Position numbers and translations under genes: made by a program
The notes under the pieces: model-generated
What the model was told of the DNA's origin: nothing
Databases searched by the model: none
What the model saw: only the letters and a program-made list of their open reading frames with translations
Assembly: GCA_950097015.1 (NCBI GenBank)
Contig: CATNEN010000008.1
Location: 4,216,001 to 4,280,000, forward strand
Reading direction: 5' to 3'
Origin: Macrostomum hystrix
Lineage: Eukaryota; Animalia; Platyhelminthes
DNA: 64,000 nucleotides
In this document: positions 11,433-23,823 of the stretch, piece by piece
Layout: each line of letters begins with the position of its first letter
How positions within the stretch are numbered: position 1 is the first letter of the stretch

Positions 11433-14400
11433 TCAGCACTCAGCAGGGTCGCCGCTGTCACTGTTCATGGCCTGGTCGTTGAGACTCAAGCTGTCCTTCT
11501 CCATGTTTTCCTGCTCAATCCGGTTAATGTCGCACAGCTGAAATTAAAATTAGATAACAATGAGGCCGTAAGTTTTTGGATTTCTGGGGATTTGAGGTGT
11601 TAAGTCAGGTTTGGGATTTCTGGGGATTTGAGGTGTTAAGTCAGGTTTGGGATTTCTGGGGATTTGAGGTGTTAAGTCAGGTTTGGGATTTCTGGGGATT
11701 TGAGGTGTTTAAGTCAGGTTTGGGATTTCTGGGGATTTGAGGTGTTTAAGTCAGGTTTGGGATTTCTGGGGATTTGAGGTGTTTAAGTCAGGTTTGGGAT
11801 TTCTGGGGATTTAGGGAGTTTTAGTCAGGCTTAGGATTTCTGAGATTTGAGAAGCTTGAGTCAGATTTGGGATTTCTAGGAGTTGGGGAGTTTAAGTCAG
11901 TTTTGGTATTTCTGTGATTTGGGGAAGTTGAGTCAGGTCTGGGATTTCTAGGATTCTGTTTTTGAAGTTTCGAGATTCGATATAGGTCACGATCGCTCGA
12001 GTTCAGGATCTGGGATATTCAGATTGGGAAAAACTGACTCACCTCCGCCTCGTCGGCCCATTGTTGAGGGCTGTTGGCAGCCGACAGCTGCTGCGATTCG
12101 AGTCCCAGCCCGGTGACCTTCGACCTCATGCGCTTGTTGGCGAACCACTTCTTCACCTGGGCGTAGTTGAGGCCGGTGATCTCGGACAGCTCCTTGGTGT
12201 CATCCCCGGACGGGTAGGGCTTGTCACTGTGCTCGCAGAACCACTTCAGCAGCAGCCGATTCTGCGCCGGACTGAAGTTCTGCCTCTGTGCCTTGCTGCG
12301 ACCGCTGCCGCCGCCGCTAACAGTCAGCAGCGAAGAATCCTCGGCGACTGGCGAAGTGGCGTCTCCCAGTTGCGATGGCGTCTTGCTCGGCGAGGCACCC
12401 GACGCTGCCGCGGCGGCCCTTCTCGCCGCGGATGACCGATGCCGATGCGGGTTACCGGAGCGCCGGTTCTTGGATGGTGTCGGAGCCTGCGGCTGCTGCT
12501 GCTGCTGCTGCTGCTGCGGATGCGGCATCTGCAGCAGCGGCGGCGGCGGCGGAGTTGCCGGTGTCAGGTGCTTCAACACCGGCGTCGCCTGCTTGACCTC
12601 CTTCACAGTCAGGTCCAGGGCGGCTGGCATGTCCTCGGGCTCAGGAAACTGCGAATGGTGGAAGTGTTAAGAGATTCTCAGCGTCCGTTACCGAATATCA
12701 TAGATAATTTACTTTCCAGACTAGCGCACAGCATTCATCGTCACTCTACTTATAGTAGGATTGAAGGGTAAAGTCGCTATGAGAAGTAGACAATACATTT
12801 CCTTACGGTCAATGTTGGAGTCAAGTGGAGCCTGTTGAGACTGAAGCTCTGCAGCTGCGGGGCAGTCGCCCCGAGATAAGGCTGCTGCTGCTGCTGCTGC
12901 TGCTGCTGAGGAGGAGGCGGAGCTGCCGTGGCAAGCTTGGTGCCAAACAGGAAGAAACCAGGAAAACTTGACTGCTGCTGTTGCTGCTGCTGCTGGTGAT
13001 GGTGAAGCTTCAGCTGGAGCTGAAGCTGCTGCTGCTGCTGCTGTTGCTGAAAAAATTGCTGTTGCAATTGTAGCTGCTGCTGCTGTTGCTGCTGTTGCTG
13101 CTGCTGTTGCTGTTGCTGTAGCATTAATTGCTGTTGCAGAAGAGCAGCATCCTTGGTTCGATTCCTGGCCGAAGCTGACGACTTCTCAACTCGATTCGGA
13201 GTCTGCAATGGCTGCAGCTGCTGCTGCTGCTGCTTGGCCTTGCCATTTCCATTGACAGTTTGTGGTGTAGAGGCAGTGCGAACGGCAGCCTGGAGAATCT
13301 CGTCCGACTCGGAGCACAGCTTCTCCTGCGGTGAATGAAGTTATAGGAAGAAAACTAAAGTTTGACTCCCAGAACGGCCCCAAGGGGTGGCAGCGTCCAT
13401 CCAGCAATGGGAGTTGCAGCCCCGCCAGAAGCAATTAGTCGGGCCGCCTCACGCTGATTAGAAATCTGCAGGCCGCATTGAATTGTAGCCAGAGCCAGAG
13501 CCAGAACAAAGTGAGAGGGGCAGAAATATGCTTGAGGTGGAACACGGGAGCCGGGAAAGGCGGGTCAGGGCGTTTCATCTGTTGCTGGAGGAGTTGCGCA
13601 CACCACACACAGAGATATACGCTTATAAAACGCCCGAGAGCGGGCCGGGATTTTGGGAAGAGAATGAGAGGAGAAATCGGCAAGCGAGAGAGAGCCATTC
13701 ATCACTGGTTGCTATGCGCGGCGGGAGGTTTTGAGGGCCTTAGGGGGGGGCAAATGTTAGGTAGAGACGAGACAGAGTTCTGCTTGTCGGGTTTGGAGGG
13801 GATGGAAGAGAGAGGAGAAACCAAATCGAGCGGGCTTTGTGATTGCGGCTGCAGAAGAGGATTTCTGCGCATGCCGGATCGGCCATTGCTGGGAGGTTGT
13901 TGGTGGGCTCCGGGGGAGACCCCAGCTTCACTCACCGGCACAGTCGACTTTCTCTTCCTAGATCCTGTTGGTTGCTGCTGGCTAGGAGAAGATTGCTGCT
14001 GCTGCTGCTGCTGCTGGTTGCCGGGCCGAGGGCTGCCGAGGTCTTCCGAAGCCAAGAGACCGGTCTGCTGCAAAAGCAAAGTTGGGGCGCACAGAGACGG
14101 TTAGAGTGGCGGAGCGCTGCACCGCGGCGCCAGGTAAAGAAAGGAAAAACGAGAGAGAAAGCGAGAGAGGATGGGAGAGCGAAATTAGGGATCAAGACAG
14201 AGACGACGGCGGGAGAAGAGTGGGAAGGGAGATTTCTCCTCAGTAGGCCGCCGCAGTGATTGACGCTGCTGTCTTTAGCCCCCCGAGAGAGGCATGGGAG
14301 CTAGGGAGAAACGGCCTCGCCCTGGGAGACATCTTGACTTGAGAGATTTCCCAATTTCCTAATTTCCCGCCCCCCGTTAGTCTGAACAGAACTTCTCCCA

Positions 14401-15813
14401 CATTATAGGTCTCGCGGGCCACCTCTCAGTCCGCCAATGCATTTCCAATGGTAAAGGCGCGGTAATTGGGAAACGCGGAAGCTGTGGGTGCTATAGCAAC
14501 TATTATAATTGTGCTTAGGCAGAGCAGAAACCTGATAGAGCCGCTGCTACCCAGCGATCTCTCTCACTCTCTCTCTACAATTGTTTGTTTGCATGGTCAT
14601 AAAAAAATTCTAAACTTTTGCTGCTCCTAGAAGCTGGCCTCTTGGTGCATAATTTAGAAATTTCCTCATCTTTAGTTTGGCCAGGGGGGGATAACGAGAT
14701 CCCTCCGCAGGAACTGGCCACCGACAGTGCTCCATAAATTTCTGCCGCCAATAGATGGGCTGCCCCTAATATAGACTGGCAAGCCTCACCTTGGCCTTCA
14801 GGGATAGAAGAGAGAGAGAGGAATCGGGAGAGAAGAGAAGCGGAGATAAACAAGTGTGCGCAGCGCGCGCAGCAATCCCAAAATTCGTAATGCTTCCCCC
14901 CATGCCTCACCTATGCGATACAGAGGCGATTCGGGGCTAGTAGGGCTAGTAGGGGGTTCTGAAGCAGTTGGGTGAACAAGATAGGGAAGCAGTATTCTGG
15001 CTGGTGATGCAGCGGAACTCTGCCGAACTCCACTAGCCCGCCTCCTAAACAGAGACATTGGGAAACTGATGACTCAGCTCTCTCTATCTCTCTCCCTCTG
15101 TCTCTGCGTGGGCAGTTTTCCCAATCTGAAGAGGCTGAGAAATGCATTGGTTAGAGGTGATAAAGATAGGCATCTGTGTGCGTGTTTCCTTGTTCTCGCA
15201 AGAACAAGCCGATTGCCAAAGCTTTCCAATTCAGGAATATACTCGTACGAGAATTTCGATGAAACAGCTCTCACCATTGGAAACTTTGAGCAGTGTTCTC
15301 ATTGGCTCTCGCTGGAGTAGCATGGGGAGCAACCAATTGTGAGACTGCCTTGCCCGGAGCCAATGAGAAGTGAGCACAAAGGGGAAATTTCTGAGCTCCA
15401 GTCAGCTCAGAGCGGAATTTTTCGCTGAGCAGCAAAAATTCTCATCAAAATGTCTCAAATGAAATTTATTAAGAGAAACAAAGCAGATATGGTGAGTAAA
15501 ATAGATTTGCTTTCATTACCTTATCAGCTTCTGTGACATCGTGATACAGCGCCAGGTGCTCAAGCATCACAGCCTTCTGCGTGGAGACAGTGCGACACAG
15601 CGTGCACCTGTGCAGCTGCACCCGCGGCGTCTGCCGCTCATCGTTGCTACTTCCGGAAGAGGAGCCAGCCGGACTGTGCTCAGCGGCCAGGTGAGCAGCC
15701 AGGTTGGCCTCTTGCAGGGTCATGTAGGAGCAGCTCGGGCAGCACAGCACGTGAGCTGGAGCCGCCGTGTCAGCCGATAGCTTCTGCTGAATCTGTGGAT
15801 TCAAGGAGCTCAT
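11433..15813 (-). CDS. C2H2 zinc finger + polyQ + TALE-class homeodomain protein (~551 aa), 5 coding exons
   Basis: Exons 15813-15520, 14067-13936, 13325-12807, 12648-12043 and 11537-11433 are all phase 0 with GT-AG borders. ZF1 is CPSCSYMTLQEANLAAHLAAEH and ZF2 is CTLCRTVSTQKAVMLEHLALYH. The homeodomain at ~12294-12118 (KAQRQNFSPAQNRLLLKWFCEHSDKPYPS...QVKKWFANKRMRSK) has the TALE PYP loop. Confidence 0.75.
11585..11945. repeat. ~36-bp minisatellite (ttaagtcaggtttgggatttctggggatttgaggtgt) in the last intron of the ZF-TALE gene
   Basis: About 7 good copies decaying rightwards. Confidence 0.9.
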
Positions 15814-16554
15814 CTTGCTGATAGAAGTTAATTATTCAAGCACTCTTTCGCAGTGTTGAATGTCGGTGCCCGAAATCGGCTTGTTGCTTAACCCGGAGAT
15901 CGCAGTCTGCTCGCTAGAGGATTTTAACGCCGAGTTTTATGGCCAAAGCGAGGCCCCGGCCCCATTCCGGAGGAGGCGGAGGATGGGGAAAGCGAAAATT
16001 TCTGGGAGGCTGCAGCGCCCACCCCCTACCGCCGCGCCCCGACCAAGCCTACAGATAGATGGGCTCGGGGAGCAGGAGAAAGTTTGGGAAAGGTGAAGCG
16101 GCCGAGTGGAGCTGGGGTTGGCGGCCGGGGCTCGAGAAACCATCAAAGCAGAGAAAGAGAGCGGAGGAGGTGGAGGGGTGGTGGAGAGAGGAAGAGTGAT
16201 GGAGAGAAACAGACAGCGGGGAGGGGAGAGACAGGTAAGACTGCGGCAAGAACTCCAGCCGCATTGAGGATCCAATACTGGTGACACACCATGAAGGCCT
16301 GGCAAGAGCTGAGGCCGTTTCGATCGATAAAATCGGGGAGAGGAGAGTGGGGGAAGGGGATCGGAATCCTCCCGCTCTGTCTGTCGATGGTCTCTGAGTG
16401 AAGCAGCAGCAGGCAATATACCGAAATTATTCGCTTTCCTAAAGCTCCAATGCGAAAGTGTGTACACTTTTATCTCCGCTGCACAAATGCATGCGAAATG
16501 CTGCACGATACACATGCACAATCACATGCCCCTGCTGCGAGACAATTGCACGCC

Positions 16555-17395
16555 CGTCTGACCTCATTCATTTGCCTGTCTCACCTCATTTCTCTCCCTG
16601 TCTCACCTCATTTCTCTCTGTCTCACCTCATTTCTCTCTGTCTCACCTCATTTCTCTCTCTGTCTCACCTCATTCATTTGCCTGTCTCACCTCATTCATT
16701 TGCCTGTCTCACCTCATTCATTTGCCTGTCTCACCTAATTTCTCTCTCTGTCTTACCTCATTTCTCTCTGTCTCACCTCATTTCTCTCTGTCTCACCTCA
16801 TTTCTCTCTGTCTCACCTCATTTCTCTGTCTCACCTCATTTCTCTCTCTGTCTCACCTCATTTCTCTCTCTGTCTCACCTCATTTCTCTCTGTCTCACTT
16901 CATTTCTCTCTGTCTCACCTCATTTCTCTCTGTCTCACCTCATTTCTCTCTCTGTCTCACCTCATTTCTCTCTCTGTCTCACCTCATTTCTCTCTCTGTC
17001 TCACCTCATTTCTCTCTCTGTCTCACCTCATTTCTCTCTGTCTCACCTCATTTCTCTGTCTCACCTCATTTCTCTCTCTGTCTCACCTCATTTCTCTCTC
17101 TGTCTCACCTCATTTCTCTCTCTGTCTCACCTCATTTCTCTCTGTCTCACTTCATTTCTCTCTGTCTCACCTCATTTCTCTCAGTCTCACTTCATTTCTC
17201 TCTGTCTCACCTCATTTCTCTCTGTCTCACCTCATTTCTCTCTCTGTCTCACCTCATTTCTCTCTGTCTCACCTCATTTCTCTCTCTGTCTCACCTCATT
17301 TCTCTCTGTCTCACCTCATTTCTCTCTCTGTCTCACCTCATTCATTTGCCTGTCTCACCTAATTTCTCTCTCTGTCTCACCTCATTTCTCTCTGT
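16555..17395. repeat. 20-24-bp CT-rich minisatellite (tctgtctcacctcatttctc)
   Basis: Direct reading; the minus strand of each unit reads GAG|GTGAGA. Confidence 0.95.
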
Positions 17396-17942
17396 CCCAA
17401 TCCTCTACATCGTCAATATGTGCTACGCATTGTGTCCTGCCAGTCTCTAGATACTTGTGGCCATAGGCAACCAATCAGCCACAGACACCGCTGCAGCACA
17501 AGCTCTGTAGACTGTCTCTTCGTCTCTCTCTAATTTTTTAACTCTAGCGGCAGTCAGTAATGCGGGATTAGCGTTTACCGGGCCGATAGCGCGCAGAAAA
17601 ATGCCATCATGCAGCAGCAGCAGCAGCAGCAACGGCGGCGGCAGCAGTGGCGAGGATAGAGAAAAAGAAGAAGAGACCATTGCAGAGAGAGAGAGAGAGA
17701 GAGCAGACAGCTGAGAGAAAGTCAGAAATGTGCCGGGTTAGCATACGGACTGTGCTGCGCCAAGCAGCTGTGCTTCTCTGTCTCTGCCTGCGCATTTTTA
17801 GATCCGCGCTGAAGCGTTCGTTGCTGAGTTAAAGCATGGCTCGCATGGATACCCTGGTGCAGAGCGCGGTAGAAGAGAAACACTGAAGTCTGCACACGGC
17901 TGGTGGGGTACAAAGTATCGCTAGTAAATATGTAAGCGATGC

Positions 17943-17943
<1 letters not shown>

Positions 17944-17988
<45 letters not shown>
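17944..17988. repeat. (CAG)15 microsatellite
   Basis: Direct reading. Confidence 0.95.
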
Positions 17989-17989
<1 letters not shown>

Positions 17990-18739
17990 CCCCATAATGC
18001 AATGATCATTCTGACCCATCTCTCAGCTCCTAGCTCCTATAATTTTGTTCCTATTTATGTGACAGGGGGATCTCGGATCAGTATCTAGACACATGCGCGA
18101 GAGAGACGCCCAGTTGCAAATGTCAAATCCTGCTGAACAGAGATTGGTAGAGAGGCAGAGTGCAATAGAAACTTTACTTGTACTGGGATCTGAAGCACTC
18201 TCCGCAGTGCAAAACAGCTTTCGGCCAACTTTGGTATAGCCAAGTTCGGTTCTTAGACACGGCTGAATTCCTCCAAATTCCCGAGCTCATTTAAACAAAC
18301 ACTGGCGCCAAAGCCCAAATCTCAGCGGGGCCTCTATTCTGATGTCTCGAATTTCAACAATGAAAAAGACAATTGCTTTTTTAAAGAATGCGAAGTGAGC
18401 AAGCAAGCAAGGATTATTGTTCAAGTGTCTTGCTGTGGCTTCTCAGCGTGTGGTGTCCGAACTAAGAATAAGTGTTAACTTCATTTCATTAAACTAATCT
18501 AAAACCTTGAGTGAGTTTATTCTATATTAACTTGTCACTTTGACAGGTGTGAGGAATAGTGATTTTGAAGTCTTGCATAATTGCGAATCGACTTTGAGAT
18601 TAGCCAGCGGGTGGTCTGGCAGAGTCCCGCTGTGGAGTTTAAACAGCTAAAACTGTAAAAGGCGTTGGCAACAACTAGGAGGGCAGCAATTGAGGAAATT
18701 CGGCGGATTTGGGGAACTGTTAAGTGTCAAGAGAGAGGT

Positions 18740-19640
18740 GAGAGGAACGAGAGAGGAAGAGGAACGAGAAGGGGAGAGGAACGAGAGAGGAAGAGGAACG
18801 AGAGAAAGAGGAACGAGAGAGGAAGAGGAACGAAAAGGGGAGAGGAACCAGAGAGGAAGAGGAACGAGAGAGGAAGAGGAACCAGAGAGGAAGAGGAACC
18901 AGAGAGGAAGAGGAACCAGAGAGGAAGAGGAACGAGAGAGGAAGAGGAACGAGAGGAAGAGAGAGGAAGAGGAACGAAAAGGGGAGAGGAACCAGAGAGG
19001 AAGAGGAACCAGAGAGGAAGAGGAACCAGAGAGGAAGAGGAACCAGAGAGGAAGAGGAACGAGAGGAAGAGGAACCAGAGAGGAAGAGGAACCAGAGAGG
19101 AAGAGGAACGAGAGAGGAAGAGGAACGAGAGGAACAGAGAGGAAGAGGAACGAAAATGGGAGAGGAACCAGAGAGGAAGAGGAACCAGAGAGGAAGAGGA
19201 ACAAGAGAGGAAGAGGAACCAGAGAGGAAGAGGAACGAGAAGGGGAGAGGAACGAGAGAGGAAGAGGAACGAGAGGAAGAGGAACCAGAGAGGAAGAGGA
19301 ACGAGAGAGGAAGAGGAACCAGAGAGGAAGAGGAACCAGAGAGGAAGAGGAACGAGAAGGGGAGAGGAGCGAGAAGGGGAGAGGAACGAGAGGAAGAGGA
19401 ACCAGAGAGGAAGAGGAACCAGAGGGGAAGAGGAACAAGAGAGGAAGAGGAACGAGAGAGGAAGAGGAACGAGAGAGGAAGAGGAACCAGAGAGGAAGAG
19501 GAACCAGAGGGGAAGAGGAACAAGAGAGGAAGAGGAACCAGAGAGGAAGAGGAACGAGAAGGGGAGAGGAGCGAGAAGGGGAGAGTAACGAGAAGGGGAG
19601 AGGAACGAGAGAGGAAGAGGAACGAGAGGGGGAGAGGAAC
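18740..19640. repeat. Purine-rich ~18-bp minisatellite (gagaggaagaggaacca/g)
   Basis: Direct reading; source of the Arg/Glu-rich and Ser/Leu-rich spurious ORFs. Confidence 0.95.
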
Positions 19641-20554
19641 AAGAGGGAAAGTGGAGGGTCAGAAAAAAGAAAGGAGTGAAACAAAATGGGATGGGAAATG
19701 GGAGAATGTTATGAGCAGAACTAATAATGGAGAGGTGAGCAATTAAAATTCAACAGGTAGAATCTGAATAAATCAATGCAAAACAGTTGACCATGATATT
19801 AACACACGGACGGTGCAGAGAATTGTAAAAAAAGATATTTTTAATGAATATTTGAAACGGTATAATGAATTACAATGGGCCGCAATCCAATGCGAGCTAC
19901 TCTCTATTATTACCTCTATATTACTGTATCCTAGACTAGGTTAGGCTAGGCCTTGTCTTGTTTATAACTCGCATAAATTGGGAAATCAGTGACGCAATCG
20001 GACTGCATTAGTTGTTTATACAGCCTTCAATCTTCCATGTGAGACCGCATGACCAGAACAAAGACCATGCAGATATGCGGAGACGAGAGAGGGAGAAATA
20101 CTCGCACGGCTGGGAACAAAGACCTACCCATAATTGAACAACTACTGGAATGAGAGTGACTTGGGAGAAAAACCGGAGACTCTCCCACAGAGCCACTCGA
20201 GAAGCATCTGACCCCATTCGGCGCCCAGGCCTATCACCAGTCTTTGGGAGGCCGCGAAAAACTTTTTGTTTATCTGAGCTTTTGTCCCCTAAAACTGTGC
20301 CTGGCTGTGCAGGCAGTTATAAATTGCCAGGTTTCTCAATGCATGATGGATTGCAGATTCCGAATTTTTCACAAGCATACTAGAAGATGTTGAGCTTTTG
20401 TTCTGCTTTGTTTCCGATACAAATTTCCAACGTTTATGACAGGCTAATGTTTATTAGTTCAAAAAACCGTTACACCGAAAATAAATTCTAATTTTAATTG
20501 GCTGTACTGTCAGGGGTGAGATTCTAACACTAGGAACCAGTGTTTTGAGACTAT

Positions 20555-21490
20555 TCGGGTTTGAGTGAATTCGGGTTTGAGCGAATTCGGGTTTGAGCGA
20601 ATTCGGGTTTGAGTGAATTCGGGTTTGAGTAAATTCAGGTTTGAGTGAATTCGGGTTTGAGTAAATTCAGGTTTGAGTGATTTCGGGTTTGAGTGAATTC
20701 GGGTTTGAGTAAATTCGGGTTTGAGTAAATTCGGGTTTGAGCGAATTCGGGTTTGAGTGAATTCGGGTTTGAGAAAATTCGGGTTTGAGTGAATTCGGGT
20801 TTGAGTAAACTGGGGTATGAGTCGATTCGGGTTTGAGTCGATTCTGGTTTTAGTGAATTCGGGTTTGAGTAAATTCGGGTTTGAGTAAACTGGGGTATGA
20901 GTCGATTCTGGTTTTAGTGAATTCGGGTTTGAGTGAATTCGGGTTTGAGTAAACTGGGGTATGAGTCGATTCTGGTTTTAGTGAATTCGGGTTTGAGTGA
21001 TTTCGGGTTTGAGTAAATTCGGGTTTGAGTAAATTCAGGTTTGAGTAAGTTCAGGTTTGTGTAAATTCGGGTTTGAGTGAATTCGGGTTTGAGTGAATTC
21101 GGGTTTGAGTGAATTCGGGTTTGAGTGAATTTGGGTTAGAGTGAATTTGGGTTTGAGTAGATTTGCTTTTAGAACATTCTAGTCTTGATATTATAAAAAT
21201 TAGAGAATATTCGTATTGTTTTTAGTCCCGTGATTGTTAAGGTTTAATAAGATTCTGATTTGAGAAGATTCGTATTTAAGAACATTCGGGTTTGAGTAGA
21301 TTCGGGTTTGAGTCGATTCGGGTTTTACGTAAATTCTGGTTTGAGTAGATTCTGGTTTGAGTGGATTCCGGTTTGAGTAGATTCGGGTTTAAGAAGATTC
21401 GGGTTTGAGTAAACTGGGGTATCAGTAGATTCGGGTTTGAGCAGATTCCGGTTTGAGTAGAGTCAGGTTCGTGTAGATTCAGGTTTGTGT
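20555..21490. repeat. 16-bp minisatellite (attcgggtttgagtga) in two blocks
   Basis: Direct reading; reverse complement of the array at 23275-23810. Confidence 0.93.
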
Positions 21491-21954
21491 ACACACTCAT
21501 TAAATTGTTAAGTCCCAGCCAGCAATAAATCCTGATACAATGAGTCGAATACTTAATAAACTGGCTGTCTAAGCATTTTAAAGTACATTCAGCCATAAAT
21601 TACACTTGCAGATGCATAGAAATGGTGCGCTTTGGCTGATACGAAGCACACAGAGTTCATATCTGCACTGCAGAACTGATAACGCCATCTGCAAATTGAG
21701 ATCAGCCTATTAAAGTCGAGCTTCACTTGTTGGTCACAGATAAAAGTTAAACAAATTTATGAATCTCAATTATAAAGAACAGTTCACTTAGAACAGTTCA
21801 TTTAGCTTTTGTTTAACCGGTTTTAGGTCTTTCATTTTCTTTGGTAAGTTAACAAAGGTTTTGCTTCAATTATTTTATTTTCTGGAAATTAAAAACTTCC
21901 GAATATTTCTGAACTGTAGACTTATACAAGAAAAGTACGCTGGTACTTTGCTAG

Positions 21955-22865
21955 AGGTAGAACCGGAGAATGAGGGGTAGAACTGGAGAATGAGGGGTAG
22001 AACTGGAGAATGAGGGGTAGAACTGGAGAATGAGGGGTAGAACTGGAGATTGAGGACTAGAACTGGAGAATGAGGGCTAGAACTGGAGAATGAGGGGTAG
22101 AACTGGAGAATGAGGGGTAGAACTGGAGAAAGGGGGGTAGAACTTGAGATTGAGGGGTAGAACTGGAGATTGAGGGCTAGAACTGGAGAATGAGGGGTAG
22201 AACTGGAGAATGAGGGGTAGAACTTGAGATTGAGGGGTAGAACTGGAGATTGACGGGTAGAACTGGAGAATGAGGGGTAGAACTGGAGAATGAGGGGTAG
22301 AACTGGAGATTGACGGGTAGAACTGGAGATTGACGGGTAGAACTGGAGATTGAGGGTTAGAACTGGAGAATGAGGGGTAGAACTGGAGATTGACGGGTAG
22401 AACTGGAGAATGAGGGGTAGAACTGGAGATTGACGGGTAGAACTGGAGAATGAGGGGTAGAACTGGAGAATGAGGGGTAGAACTGGAGAATGACGGGTAG
22501 AACTGGAGAATGAGGGGTAGAACTGGAGAATGACGGGTAGAACTGGAGATTGAGGGGTAGAACTGGAGATTGACGGGTAGAACTGGAGATTGACGGGTAG
22601 AACTGGAGATTGACGGGTAGAACTGGAGAATGAGGGGTAGAACTGGAGGATGAGGGGTAGAACTGGAGGATGAGGGGTAGAACTGGAGAATGAGGGGTAG
22701 AACTGGAGAATGAGGGGTAGAACTGGAGAATGAGGGGTAGAACTGGAGAATGAGGGGTAGAACTGGAGAATGAGGGGTAGAACTGGAGAATGATGGGTGG
22801 AACTGGAGATTGAGGGGTAGAACTGGAGGATGAGGGGTAGAACTGGAGGATGAGGGGTAGAACTT
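21955..22865. repeat. 20-bp minisatellite (aactggagaatgaggggtag), about 45 copies
   Basis: Direct reading. Confidence 0.95.
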
Positions 22866-23274
22866 ACGGATTAGGCGGTAGAATAGGATTACAAGGGTGC
22901 AGAGCGAACTATAAGATAGAGAAGAACATTGAGTACACAAGAAGGGGGTAATCCTCTGAGAAATCCCACGAAATTCCCTGTAGAGGTGAAAAGCCAATAA
23001 TAAAAACAGCTTTAGTCGAAGATTGAACTGTTTTTATACGAAAAAATCTTTAAATGCTACTGAAAGTAGAGAGTAGTAAAAGCAATCAGCATCAACAAAG
23101 ATTAAAAGCAAGATTAGAAAATTGAAATACGACAATTGAAAACGGATGTTGGTTAATAAGTCTATATTTAAAGCAAAATTTTCATAATTGACATATACTG
23201 GCTATTTTTTGTCAAGTTTTCAAACCAAACCGAAGTCTTCTCAAAATCTAATTATCTTGTACCCTCTGCTCATC

Positions 23275-23810
23275 TGCTCAAACCTGAATATATTCAACCG
23301 AATATGCTCAAACCCGAATCTACTCAAACCCGAATCTGCTCAAACCCGAATCGACTCAAGCCCGAATTCTACTCAAACACGAATCTACTCGAACCCGAAT
23401 CTACTCAAACCGAATCTACTCAAACCGAATCTGCTCAAACCCGAATCTACTCAAGCCCGAATTTTACTCAAACCCGAATCTACTCGAACCCGAATCTACT
23501 CAAACCGAATCTACTCAAACCGAATCTACTCAAACCCGAATCTACTCGAACCCGAATCTACTCAAACCGAATCTACTCAAACCGAATCTACTCAAACCGA
23601 ATCTACTCAAACACGAATCTACTCGAACCCGAATCTACTCAAACCGAATCTACTCAAACCGAATCTACTCAAACCCGAATCGACTCAAGCCCGAATTCTA
23701 CTCAAACACGAATCTACTCGAACCCGAATCTACTCAAACCCGAATCTACTCGAACCCGAATCTACTCGAACTCGAATCTACTCGAACCCGAATCTACTCA
23801 AACCCAAAAC
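23275..23810. repeat. 15/16-bp minisatellite (aacccgaatctactca) directly upstream of the phosphatase ATG
   Basis: Direct reading; inverted relative to 20555-21490. Confidence 0.93.
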
Positions 23811-23823
23811 CCCAGTCGCAGTC

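Noticed and set aside
12019-12042. Stop codon at 12019 as the end of the homeobox gene
   Set aside because: A consensus donor GAG|gtgagt at 12042 and an in-phase terminal exon at 11537-11433 give a better model.
12118-12294. Calling the homeodomain PBX/extradenticle
   Set aside because: Residue 50 is Ala rather than Gly, overall identity to PBX is modest, and no PBC domain is present upstream.
16450-19746. Long ORFs of 196-345 aa (SLCLTSF, RGRGTREEEE and SSSLVPL repeats)
   Set aside because: They are stop-free translations of minisatellites, open in several frames and on both strands, with no domain content or splice support.
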